Positions 52,277 to 64,000 of a DNA stretch of 64,000 bases are shown here, piece after piece. Below the pieces are notes generated by a model. It worked only from the letters and a program-made list of their open reading frames with translations. It was not told where the DNA came from and searched no databases. Source of the DNA: Octopus bimaculoides. Taxonomy: Eukaryota. The stretch's first letter is position 1. Every line of letters starts with the position of its first letter. Both the position numbers and the translations under genes were made by a program. The stretch lies in NCBI RefSeq assembly GCF_001194135.2, contig NC_068984.1, forward strand, positions 56,563,798-56,627,797, written 5' to 3'.

Positions 52277-53099
52277 AAATTAATCGAAGGATATACTAAG
52301 TATGTCTACCTGCTGGAAATAACAGTCAAAACTCTTAATTAAATTGCCAAAATACACTGATGATAACTACAGAAACCAACCGAAAGCAGATCAGGTTAAT
52401 ACAATCTCCTAACGTACATTTAAGTATTTGGACTCACGTGGACCAGTTTTTGCACTGGCAAAAATAACCTGAGCTTCTTCAACACGCGTAACCATGATGG
52501 AGGCCCCCAACCTATCGTTTTGAAGTCTGTGCCACAGCTGATTCATTTTGCACTGAAAGGGCAAACAATTCACAGGGAAAATAATTCCCGAAAAATTAGT
52601 TTGCTAAGATATCATTAATTCTGTTATCTAGTATGACTATTTTAAAATAATAATAGCAGAATCAATAATGTAGGCGATTGCAGGCCCAAAATTGCATTAA
52701 ATAACTGAAGGAATAAAATTAATCAAAGGACATACTAAGAATGTCTACCTGCTGGAAATAACAGTCAAAACTCTTATTTAAATCGCCAAAATACACTGAT
52801 GATAACTACAGAAATCAACCAAAGGCAAATCAGGTTAATACAATCTCTTAATGTACATCAAAGTATTTGGACTCACGTGGACCAGTTTCTGCATTGACAA
52901 AAATAGCCTGAGCTTCTTCAGCATGCATTACCATGATTTTAATCCTTCAGCTATTTAATGCTTTTTAGGCCTGCAGTTGCCTATATTATTGATTTTGTTA
53001 TTATCATTTTAAAATAGTCATACTTGATAATAACAGAATTAATAATATCTTAGCAAATTAATTTTTCAGGCATTGTTTACCCTTGTATCGATATATATA
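52271..53099. repeat. Composite repeat between (TA)n tracts: direct repeat of about 220 bp plus long inverted repeat
   Basis: A1 about 52277-52498 vs A2 about 52717-52936. Inverted arms about 52558-52712 vs about 52943-53083. Confidence 0.85.
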
Positions 53100-53418
53100 N
53101 NNNNNNNNNNNNNNNNNNNNNNNNNNNNNNNNNNNNNNNNNNNNNNNNNNNNNNNNNNNNNNNNNNNNNNNNNNNNNNNNNNNNNNNNNNNNNNNNNNNN
53201 NNNNNNNNNNNNNNNNNNNNNNNNNNNNNNNNNNNNNNNNNNNNNNNNNNNNNNNNNNNNNNNNNNNNNNNNNNNNNNNNNNNNNNNNNNNNNNNNNNNN
53301 NNNNNNNNNNNNNNNNNNNNNNNNNNNNNNNNNNNNNNNNNNNNNNNNNNNNNNNNNNNNNNNNNNNNNNNNNNNNNNNNNNNNNNNNNNNNNNNNNNNN
53401 NNNNNNNNNNNNNNNNNN

Positions 53419-53451
<33 letters not shown>

Positions 53452-53670
53452 TTTATATGTCTGTATGTATTTGTGTGTCTGTGTTTGTTCCTCCACCATT
53501 GCTTGACAACCAATGTTGGTATGCTTACATCCCGTAACTTAGTGGTTCGGCAAAAGAGACCAATAGAATAAGTACTAAGCTTACAAAGAATAAGTCCTGG
53601 GGTCAGTTTCTTCGACTAAAGGTGGTGCTCCAGCATGGCCACAGTCAAATGACTGAAACAAGTAAAAGAA
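53419..53670 (+). mobile_element. CORE-type SINE 3' half (head probably in the gap)
   Basis: ctttgtttgttcctccaccattgcttgacaac...gactgaaacaagtaaaaga. Confidence 0.85.
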
Positions 53671-55289
53671 TATATATATACACATAAATACATATCTTTT
53701 TCATTATTCCTTTATGTCTGCTTGTCATGTTGGAATGGGCTGGATGGATCATCACACCTCAGGACATTTCTTACTGGGAGCTGCTGCTCCCATTCATTGA
53801 CTAGTTCCTGTGTATCTTATTTGGCTTAGTTCCTATGACTGGATTCAAAGGGCATCCAGCCATAGAAACCAAGTCAAATGATATGTATGTATGCCAGTCT
53901 ATTGGAGCTGCAGCTTCCAATAAAAAAATGACTTGGACCATGATGACTCTTTCAAGCCTTACCAGAATGAAAAGGAGATGTAAAATGATGCTGATGCTAA
54001 TGTGATGAATTTATATACCATTCCATTCAGCTATTTTCAATCTACATCTAGATGAAAGTTTATTATGTCATTGCTGGCTTATCCATGCTGGTTGTAGGCC
54101 AATTTGTTTACACTGGCCAGTTGCAGTTTGGAGAGAGTGCTCTTGTGGCTAAGTGATTTAAACTTGGCTTTAGGCACTTAGGTGGAATTTGAATCTAGAA
54201 CACAAAGAACTAAAGCAGATTCCACTACTAAGCATCTTGCCCTGTTCCATCAATTCACCAACCCTGCATTAGTACTTTATCTGCTTCAATAGGAAATGCA
54301 AAACTGACCTCAGCAGATTTGAACTCAGGTTGTAGATAGGAAGAAATATTACAAGGCATTTTTTCCATTGCACTTACAGTTGTAAATTGAGACACATACA
54401 CCTTATATACAGAAAGTTATATAATTAAGTAGAAACTGTGTTCTAGAAAAATATATAAAAAGTAATCAATACAAGAAGTAGAATCTATAGCTTTTATTTT
54501 GAAACTGAAACTTCTACAAAATACAACTACTAGTTCCATGTTCACAATCCTTTGTTACCTGAAGACTGGGAACATGAAACTTGTAACTTGTGAAGTTTCA
54601 AATATACAAGCTTATTTAAATGTCCCTTTAGCATAAGTATAAACCAACTAACAACAGTCAGTTAAACTTCTGAATCTGTGTCTCAGCTTTTCCTCTCTTA
54701 ATCCTTCTATCCCACCTCCCACCCACTTTTTCACCCACCTCCCCACTGCATTTATTAAACTCCACTTACTCCTGTCCATCCCCTTGATGGTCATGGCTCA
54801 AGGTTTCCAACATAGCTTGTCTATTGTCTTGCTCTTTATACTATCTTCCACCTCAACTGAGCTGGGTAGTTGAAATAGGTTTTGCAAAAAGTTGAACAAC
54901 ATGACCATTACGTTGTGCTGCTTTTAGGACAATAAATATTCTCTCATCTTTTGATAATGACATTTTTACTAAAGGCTATAAAACAATCTTCATCATCATC
55001 ATCATTTCATATCTACTTTCCATGCTGGTATGGGTTGGACAGTTTGATAGGATCCAGTGGGTCTGAGAGTATGCCTACAGCAGGTTTGAGAGTGTCTCAG
55101 TTTTGGCATGGTTTCAATGGCTACATGCCTTCCATTGCTTATTCAGCAGAGCATGCTTGCTTTGTTTCTTTCTAGTCTTTGCAAGTCCTCTACATACAGG
55201 ACCCTTGTCTTGTGACCATATAGCAATGCAGTTCATACACAAACATTATACAGTCTACCTTTTTCTCTGAAAGAAAAATCTTTTGTTAC

Positions 55290-55401
55290 CAACAGAAATA
55301 ATTTGGTTCCCAGAATTTTCTTCATCTTGTTCTAAGGCTGATCCAAAAGTATAATCAGAGTTTCTCATTGCTAACTGGATTACTGAGGCGACAGAAACCA
55401 T
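55290..55401 (-). CDS. Candidate first coding exon of the hypothetical minus-strand gene
   Basis: Strong acceptor upstream (exon from 55430), in-frame stop, then ATG. MVSVASVIQLAMRNSDYTFGSALEQDEENSGNQIISV, donor TTG|gtaaca. No homology recognised. Confidence 0.2.
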
Positions 55402-57099
55402 CTGCTACTTCTAGGAATCTAAAAAGATCCCTAGAAGTAAAAATTGTATTTAAAAAGCAAGATTGTGTTTTTAAAAAAACTGTATATAAAATTGTAACAA
55501 AATAAAAATGAAAATTTATATATTGCATTGTGTGTGCATATGCATATGTATGTATATATGTGTGTATGTATCTATTTTTATTATATATATATATATACAT
55601 GTATATATGTATATTTGTTAAGGTATTGTTTCTTTAATATGTAAGTTACCAACATTTTTATTGATGCTCTTGATGGAAATTTTTACATTTGTATTCTGGT
55701 AGCAATAGCTGTTGAGATACCTTTTAACAGACAAACCTGACATTTTCATGTACTATTTGTATATATGCCTGTCAAAACAGAAGTAGTTGTTGTTCATATT
55801 CATAGATAACAGTGGCTATGTATCCAAGGGAGATAAAGCAAAACAGTCTCCATTGCTTGAAGAAAGATAATTTGTTTGGAAATCACAACTGTGAATGACA
55901 CCTACATCTGTTTTGACAAGTGCATATACAAACAGGTTGTAAGATTATCAATGGGCTTGAGCTTATCAGGGTTATTAATGATCTTAGGCATGGAAATGGT
56001 GAAGTACAGAGTGTTTATTATTTGCATCCTCTTGCACGTTCTTTGAGATATGCTCTCTTACTCATTTCAGCCTTGTAGCTGCTGTTATGCTGGATCACTT
56101 TGATAACATTTTTATGAAACACTGGATGGAATCAAAATTCCATTAACTCTTTGATATTCAATAACTTTTAAAAGTAAAATATCAGCTTCTACAAACATTC
56201 GGGACATAAAGATTTGTTTCGCCACTTCCAATCAGCTCTGCTGCTTAAGTGCTAATTCATTATATCAATGATATAGGAAACAAGAATACCTTTTGTGAGT
56301 GATCTGTATCAGAACACGTGCCCTGGGCAACGCATCAAACTGCGCATCTTGTGGTGGAACTTCAACTCAGAAGTTCAGGAATTTGGTGGAGAAAACAGAG
56401 TTATCTCTTAGTTATCACTACTCTGAGGTCAGCTTTGGGGTGGTAGCACATGTCAAGGGCCTCAGTTATGGGTCATATAACAGAATGTGGTGCAATGACT
56501 AAAGCATATTGGGGTCAGGAGTGCTGGCCCCTAAACATATGTCAGACAGGCCTACGGGTGTGTTGGCATACCTTGATGTTATATGAACTAGTCATATTAC
56601 CTAAAAATTATATAGGCTTTGTTCTTTGAGGGTGAGCTCCAAAGAGCTGGAGATTAGTAAAGTAAATCAAAAATAAAGCAGAAAGTAACAAGAAACCACC
56701 ATTGTATCTTTCCAAGAAAAATCATGAATCTTTAGATTTTGATGACATGCAAGTCCATGATTGCTGGCACCAGTAGGCATGATATCTGTAGTGAGAGAGA
56801 TTAGAATATAGCCATAAAAGAGCAATAAAAAGATGGATATAAAACAAAAGAATTGTCCAAAATTCTTGCTAATTTAGGCACCTTATTCAAATGCATGTTT
56901 TATATCTAAGTGATTACTTATTATTTCCCAAGTAAATTCTGATCGTGCAGACCTATGGCCAAAAGCATTTCAGCTATGACAATTTTTAAAAACTTATCTT
57001 TCTTTTTTTTGATATGAAAGAAAATGAAGGAAATTTGACTGGTATTGGTAGCAGGTCATGTAACAATTTTTTCAGGTCATCAGTAATTTTGTGGTACAG

Positions 57100-57330
57100 A
57101 GAGAAGAGTTGAACATTAAATCCACCTGTCTGAGGTCTTCTTTAAAAAGCTGTCTTTACAACAATAGAACCTCTGATTGCAACAGAATATGAACACTGCT
57201 TGATTGAAAATGCTGATAAATTCTTTAAAGCTTATATGTAAGACATAACAATTTTTACAAAGGCAGAATCATGTATTTACTATTTATTAGACATTAGGGA
57301 GTTCTTGAATATGGCAGCCTGATCTATTTA
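57100..57330 (+). mobile_element. Possible ancient non-LTR RT remnant
   Basis: ...ENADKFFKAYM*DITIFTKAESCIYYLLDIREFLNMAA resembles a KA(Y/F)MDD(I/L)T catalytic motif. Confidence 0.35.
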
Positions 57331-57731
57331 AAATCAACTTGACAGCTGCCAGAATAACAGAAATTATGGTTACTATCAAGAATTTTGATGGAAACCTTGG
57401 TTATTTATGTTTTAAAAAAGCAATACAGTTAAAGCATTTAAAATCACAAATTTGCAATGGTCATGAGTTCCTCAACTGTCAGTTGTTTATTGTATGATTT
57501 GAAAATTACTGTGCACATGTCTTTACATCTCTGTTTATCTCATAATGGGTTGGGTGTGTTTACAGTTAACTCCTTGTTTTACATATTTCAGTTCATGATA
57601 TAGGTTGTTTAAGCTGAATCACTGAATAAATTACTCCCAATTTTGCATTGTTAAATGTCTTTTATTACCTTTCTGATTTTGTCCATTGCCTCAAGTAAAC
57701 TAGCAGTTTTACTTATATCTGAATGTGTGCA

Positions 57732-57780
<49 letters not shown>

Positions 57781-58321
57781 CAAGTTAGATAATGTCTATA
57801 TATTGTGATTTAGATGCATAAACACCAAGATGCTCATTGCATACTTGAGGTAAAGCATGTAGTTAGTTATGTATCTGGAGGTAAATATGTATTTAGATGC
57901 ATTCCCTGGTTTTACATAAATATCTGTGTACATATCAATGATTCCAGAAGATGCTAAGTAGAAGATCATTATTGCCCACATACATACCTTTATGAAACCA
58001 TGGTATAGACACATCTGATTACCTTTGGAAGTAGGTACACATTTGCATGCACGAATCTTCACAGATATACATTCCCACGCAGGCACATGTTTTACAAAGC
58101 ATTATCTAATTACCATAAATCCAACCATAAGAACTAAGCCTTCCTCTCTACCTAACTTTTAGAACTTCCTCCTAAATGATTGTTCTCCCATGCCAGTGAT
58201 TAGCAACACTTAAAACTTTCTCATTTTTCATGTTCTCCTTGCTCTTTTACCAGTTCATCATACATCCCCTGCCCTCTCCTCACCCACTCTACTTACCTGT
58301 GTCTCTGATATGATTGACCCT

Positions 58322-58559
58322 CTTATCTTTTATCTTTTATGTGTTTCAGTCATAATACTGCAGCTATGCTGGGGCACCACCTTGAAGAACTTTTAGTCAA
58401 ATGAATTGAACCCAGGACTTCTTTTTCAAAGCCTGGTACTTATTCTATCAGTCTTTTTTACTGAACTGCTTAGTTATGGGGAAGTAAACAAACCAACACT
58501 AGTTGTCAAGTGGTGATGGGGGACAAACACAGACACAAAGATATACACACACAAACATG

Positions 58560-58613
<54 letters not shown>

Positions 58614-58723
58614 GGGGCAAGGGTTTTGTAGAAGACTCTTGCCCAAAGTGCCATGCAGTGGGACTGAACCTGGAACCATGTGCTTGGGAAGCAAGATTCT
58701 TACCACACAGCCATGCTTGTGCC
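58322..58723 (-). mobile_element. CORE-type SINE (OR2-like) abutting the mariner remnant
   Basis: Family blocks plus internal (TA)n. Confidence 0.85.
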
Positions 58724-59462
58724 TCCAACTGAACATGTTATGGGTTTTCTCAGATGAGAATAGTTTCTGCCAGGATCAGATGGTGAACACACAGAACAAC
58801 TGTTGGTTTGCTGTGTCCACAAAACATGTTGACATCCAGTCGACAACATGGTGTTTGGAGTGATCACTAGTGATGGTGAGGTTATACCTCCATTTATCTT
58901 CCCACATGGCCTTACACTCAACACAAAGGCCTACATCAAGTGCCTGGAGGAGGTAGTGCTGCCCTGGGTCAAGAAGGGGGCTGCTGGAAGACCCTGTATC
59001 TGGCAACAGTACTCTACACCATGCCACAGAAGCAGGAGAACCCCGTCATGACTGTCAGACAATTCCTGCAACCACATCACCCCTAACATCTGGCTACCTA
59101 ACTCTCCAGACTGCAACCCCCTTGATTATTATGTGTGGGGTGCAGGATTATTATGTGTGGGGTGCAGTTGAATGAGAGACCAACAAAACTCCTTGTAACA
59201 CCAAAGATGAACTGAAGGCTAGGATTATGGCAACATTCGCCAACTTAAACAAGGAGACCTTCCAAGAAGAGTTGCAGGAGATGCTGAAGTCATCTGGAGG
59301 CTGTGGTTGAAGCCAATGGCAATTTTATTGAATAAAGATTTACTCCTTAATATTTCAAGATATTTTTATGTAATTTTGGTAAATATATCTGTTAAAATGA
59401 AATGTTCATGTTATTTTCATTTTTGCTTAATTTAGATGACAATTTATTCACCGCACCCTGTA
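58724..59462 (+). mobile_element. Tc1/mariner DD37D (maT-type) transposase remnant with right TIR
   Basis: W.FSDE, MVFGVITSDG, WQQ(D>Y)S.PCH, W.PNSPDCNPLDYYVWG, with 37 residues between the 2nd and 3rd catalytic positions. Stops and frameshifts present. Ends ...CACCGCACCCTG|TA. Confidence 0.92.
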
Positions 59463-60517
59463 TANNNNNNNNNNNNNNNNNNNNNNNNNNNNATATATAT
59501 ACACATTTGCATATATGTATGTATATAAATTTATACATCTATGTGTATATAGCCCTCTGTGTTTATGTTAGCTAAGTATTTTCTGGAAAAAAAAAAAAAA
59601 AATTATTACAGAAGTTAAAAAATGTTTGCCTATTTGAAAATATTTTACTGACTTTAATTTAATCAAAGCAACATCTATCAGAAATCTCTTTTGTTTTGAA
59701 AATACCAAAATATTAATATTGAAGTTGTTAAATGAATTATTAGGCATCAAAAGTAACATAAATTGAAGTATTTGCTAACTGAAGAAAGAAACCTACAAGT
59801 TTATCACTGAAATCTAAACTATTGAGACTGTTATGTCATAAGAGAAAAAAGATGGTAAGATAGGAATTCAGAATGTTTTCTGTAGCATCTAGGGCCTTGT
59901 TTTCTTTTGCTAGTTTCTTATCTGTTTAAAATATAGAAGGTGTATCTTAAAATAGCAGTTGTTATATATAAGTATCTAGCTATACATGCATGCATGCATA
60001 CATACATACACATGTGTGTGTGTGTGTGTGTAAGAACTGATATTTAAAATTCTTCTATTGCAGTAAATCTAAGATGCCTGGAAATGTCATTTCTGAATAA
60101 AATGATATGAAATTCATTCATTTCTATGCCAAGAGGCTGCAAGCTGTATTTCTCTCAAAATTAACAGAATAAAAAAAAAATGCTAAGAAAAATAAATATA
60201 TAAATAAAATCCAGTAAAATCCTAGAAAAACAAAGTAAAGAAAGGTTGAATGTTAGTAATTTTAAACACACCCTTTGCTTCCTCTATTAGTTTGACTGAC
60301 CTTTTAAATGATCATTTGATGTATAAATTGTTTAGGTTCAGCTTTTGGGTGGTAATTGTGCACTCCACTGCAACAGTTTTGAAATTTATACAAATAATAT
60401 AATTTATTTAAAGAAGCTTATTGCATAAGAGATTTCCCCTCCCTAGTGGATTACTATCTCTATAAAAGTAAAATGAATTATGAACAATCACGAAAAATAA
60501 ATTTACAATCATCACTA

Positions 60518-60707
60518 TTACTCTTTAACTTGTTTCAGCCATTTGACTGTGGCCATACTGGAGCACCACCTTTAGTCGAGCAAATTGACCCCAGGACTTA
60601 ATCTTTGGAAGCCTAGTACTTATTCTATCGGTCTCTTTTGCCGAACTGCTAAGTTACGGGGACGTAAACACACCACCATCGGTTGTCAAGCGATGTTGGG
60701 GGGACAA

Positions 60708-60758
<51 letters not shown>

Positions 60759-60921
60759 CGACGGGCTTCTTTCAGTTTCTGTCTACTAAATCCACTCACA
60801 AGGCTTTGGTCGGCCCAAGGCTATAATGGAAGACACTTACCCAAGGTGCCACGCAGTGGGAATGAACCCGGAACCATGTGGTTGGTAAGTAAGCTACTTA
60901 CCACACAGCCACTCCTGCGCC
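60518..60921 (-). mobile_element. Young CORE-type SINE (OR2-like)
   Basis: Intact head ggcgcaggagtggctgtgtgg. Retains CpGs. Confidence 0.93.
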
Positions 60922-61929
60922 TGATAAGTTAGACCTGCTTTCCAGATCATGTTAACAGAAAAAGTGAATGCATTATGCTCCTAATCATGTGTGTGTGTGT
61001 GTGTGTGTTTGTGTGTGTAGGGATATGGTTGACTGGATAAAGTATTGGAGTATTTGCTCTTAAGTTAATGGTTTAAATCCTCAGTAGGTGTTTAGTTGCA
61101 CTGCATCATTTCCTCTAGTTGCTGGGTATTATATTGCATGTTATATTTAGTGTGCACCAATGCTTTCCATGTTAAACTCATTTGGCTGGGTGCATCCAAT
61201 GCAGTGCTATACCTTTTCTTTTATTGATTTCAGTCATCAGACTGCATTCATAATGGAGTACTTGCTTTTGAGGGTATTAGTCAATTACATCAACCTCAGT
61301 ACTTTATTTTGTACTTATTCTATTAGTGTCGTAAAGAGAAATGGTAAAGTCAACCTTGGTATAAAGGGATGTAACCAGTGTTTGCTCAACAAGGCATTTT
61401 TGCACTGCTATCCCTCACTGATATAATACATATAACACACACACACACACAATTTATGGGCTTCAGCAGTTTTCTTCTATCAAATTTCACTCAAAGGCTT
61501 TGGTTGACCTAAAGCTATGGTTGAAGACACTTGTGAAGGTGCCATACAAAGCAATTGACCCCAGAAGCATGTGATTGTGAAACAAACTTTTTGATTGCAT
61601 AACCATGTTTGTCCCCTATATTTCTATTTCTATAATTTTGAGCTATATTTACACCCACATTCTTGTTAGTACCTGGGCAAATTATTTGCTGTTATAACCT
61701 GTCATTGAAATTCCTTCAAGAAAACCTTTTCATAGTGTATGTCATCATCATCTTCATTGTCTTTTTGGGTTAGATAGTTTGAGAGGATCTGATGGATTGG
61801 AGATATATGCTGTGTTTCAATGACTGCTTTGGCATGATTTCTACAGATGGATGCCCTTCCCAAAGCCAACCAGTTTACAGAATGTACTGGGTGCTTTTTT
61901 GTAGCACTAGGACTAATGAGGTCAGTGTA

Positions 61930-62460
61930 ATTTGCAAGACTAAGATTCCCTTTGGCTTAGTGGGACTACAATCAAGAGGGATCAACTTTGTGCTAGATGA
62001 TAAGAAGTTAAACCATGAAAGAAGCTGCAACAGGTCTTTTACTGTGGAGGAGATATATGGCAACTCGCATTATACATTTGCGGGTAGAAGTAGTCAGAGT
62101 GGAGTTGGAAAGAGAAGTAAAGATGGTAATGTCAAGGTATCAGAGTGCTCCCTCAAGATACAAGAAGGTAAAGAGAAGTGAGATAGAACAGGAAAACAGG
62201 AAAGGTGGATGGGTAGAGGCTGCACATTTGTATGGGGAGAGTGAATGATGTTTAGAGATGGAGTAGGGGTATTAGGGTGAATATAATTAAAAATGAACAA
62301 GAGTTGAGAGGTAATTGATGATAGATAAGGATTGAAAAAATGGTAAGGGAGAATAGGAGATGACTGTAAAAATTGGATAGAGTTAGTAGATGCAGTGAAT
62401 GGTGAACAAAGGTGGAAGGGTGATTGATGATGCATGTGAGTTGAAGAGAAGGTGACAATT
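61930..62460 (-). mobile_element. Decayed CR1/L2-group LINE fragment
   Basis: Purine-rich plus strand, similar in character to 33575-34090. Confidence 0.4.
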
Positions 62461-64000
62461 GTAGGAGAGTAGGCGATAACTGGCTGTACAATAGTGGAGT
62501 GAAGGGCAGAATAATAATAATAATGATAATATTAATAACAATAATAATAATACAGCAGGTAGAGGAAGGTGAGAGAAAGGGAGATGGTGTGTGGGGGATA
62601 GATCCATAACTCAAAAAAATGATAGTATTGTTAGCATTTAGTTACATTCTAAGTTCAAATCTTGCTAGTGTTGACTTTGTCTTTCATTCTTCTTCTGATG
62701 ATAAAAAAAATACAAGTAGAAATCAAATAAAACCCTTGAATGTTGTGATCCAGCATGGATACAACACAGTGACTGTGATCAACAAAACAGTAAAAATAGA
62801 AGAGGTATTGGTAAAGTATATACAATATAGACATAGTTTTCTGTATGTATTTCTTTGTCTTTTTCCTTTTTCATAGTAAATTTAGGAACAGTTTTTACTT
62901 ACCTAGCACACCCAGTAATAGTTATTTTAATCTCTTATAACTATGATTGGGTGATGTTGGCACAAATGATAAATCTACTAATATTGAGTGAAACAAATAT
63001 TCAATCTCTAATTTATTTATTGATTTATTGTATGATCTAAGCTACATATTGTATAAACAGAAATTAATAAAATTTACTTTGGTAACACTTTAGTTTCTAG
63101 TCAAGTCTAATCTTGATAGATTTAGCTGTTTGTATTTATTACAACACTGCATTTTAACACTTTTAAATCTAAAACAGCCAACATTAACCAAAATTTGGTC
63201 TAAAGTGTAAACTGATTACACATAATTGCAGAAAGCTCTTATATAGAGTTATATATTCATGACTATTTATGAATATATAACAGTTATACATTCAGAACTA
63301 TTTCACTCTCTAATTACAGAATTTACAATATATGAATATAATTATTGTCAGTTGCTGTGGTTTAAAAACTTTTAAAACTGTGGTTAGAGAGTTAGTTCAG
63401 GCTAATTGTAACATCTCTTGTAAATATCTTATCAGATTGTTTCTAGTACTCTTATCAAATAATAGTAAAGAAAGCATGTGAACAAGCCTGTATGCAACCA
63501 AGAATATGTGCCTACATTTGTATTGATTCTTCTGGTTTGAGCATTTATTGTTATAATCATTGTGAAACTAGGTATACTCTGATCAACCAGTCTTGTGGAA
63601 CACAGGTAACTTGTTGAATACCTACCTGTGAATCAAAGGTCTATTGTCTCAGTTATACCATGTTACTGCCTAACTGAGGACTATGCTGCACATATTGACA
63701 TGCAGTGAGAAATTGTTTGGGGTGTACTGTGACTACCTGGACAAGTTGTACCCTCTCTAGCCTATATCTATACATCCAGGGACTCTGGTGGTGGCAGGCA
63801 CAGTGGTATCTGATTACAATGTGACAGTGATTGTTCTTTTTCACTTAACTGTGGTGCTGTGCATTGCAGCGCTGTGTTTACAACTATTTCCGTGTGTGTG
63901 TGTGTGTGTGTGTTTTATTTAGACAAGATTCTTAGTGTGTTGTTGTAATGTTCTGGGGGCATGTTGTATATGCATCTCGGTGTCTGAAAGTGGTTTTTCA

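Noticed and set aside
51096-53571. 140-292 aa ORFs in the track
   Set aside because: Length is produced by N gaps (X runs). Only the RTE segment 52203-51846 is meaningful.
57975-58060. HIHTFMKPW resembling a C2H2 zinc-finger linker
   Set aside because: No Cys/His spacing, and it derives from an acatacatac repeat.
62903-62975. Perfect minus-strand donor TAG|GTAAGT
   Set aside because: All frames from the plausible acceptors contain stops. It could only be a UTR exon, and there is no supporting evidence.

Overview
Eukaryotic, AT-rich draft-assembly DNA with five N gaps. The SINE/LINE repertoire and microsatellite density point to a coleoid cephalopod, probably Octopus; this is an inference from family recognition, not a database hit. 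Most of the window is intronic/intergenic and made of transposable elements: tRNA-derived SINEs of at least three families, RTE, CR1/L2-group and other non-LTR retrotransposon remnants, a DD37D Tc1/mariner remnant, a Tigger-like remnant, and hAT and piggyBac-type MITEs. There are also several fold-back elements and microsatellites. No host protein-coding gene can be called confidently. Almost all ORFs in the track are microsatellite, gap or TE artefacts. A phase-compatible chain of small minus-strand exon candidates (55.4 kb to 20.5 kb) and a CpG-rich promoter-like patch at about 18.4-18.6 kb are offered only as low-confidence hypotheses. The best-supported curiosities are an intact C4HC3 PHD finger inside a young RTE ORF, a 360-bp fold-back hairpin, an inverted pair of young SINEs, and a (TA)n-embedded composite repeat. 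No CRISPR array, rRNA or bona fide tRNA gene was seen, and I cannot support a claim of a novel biological system.
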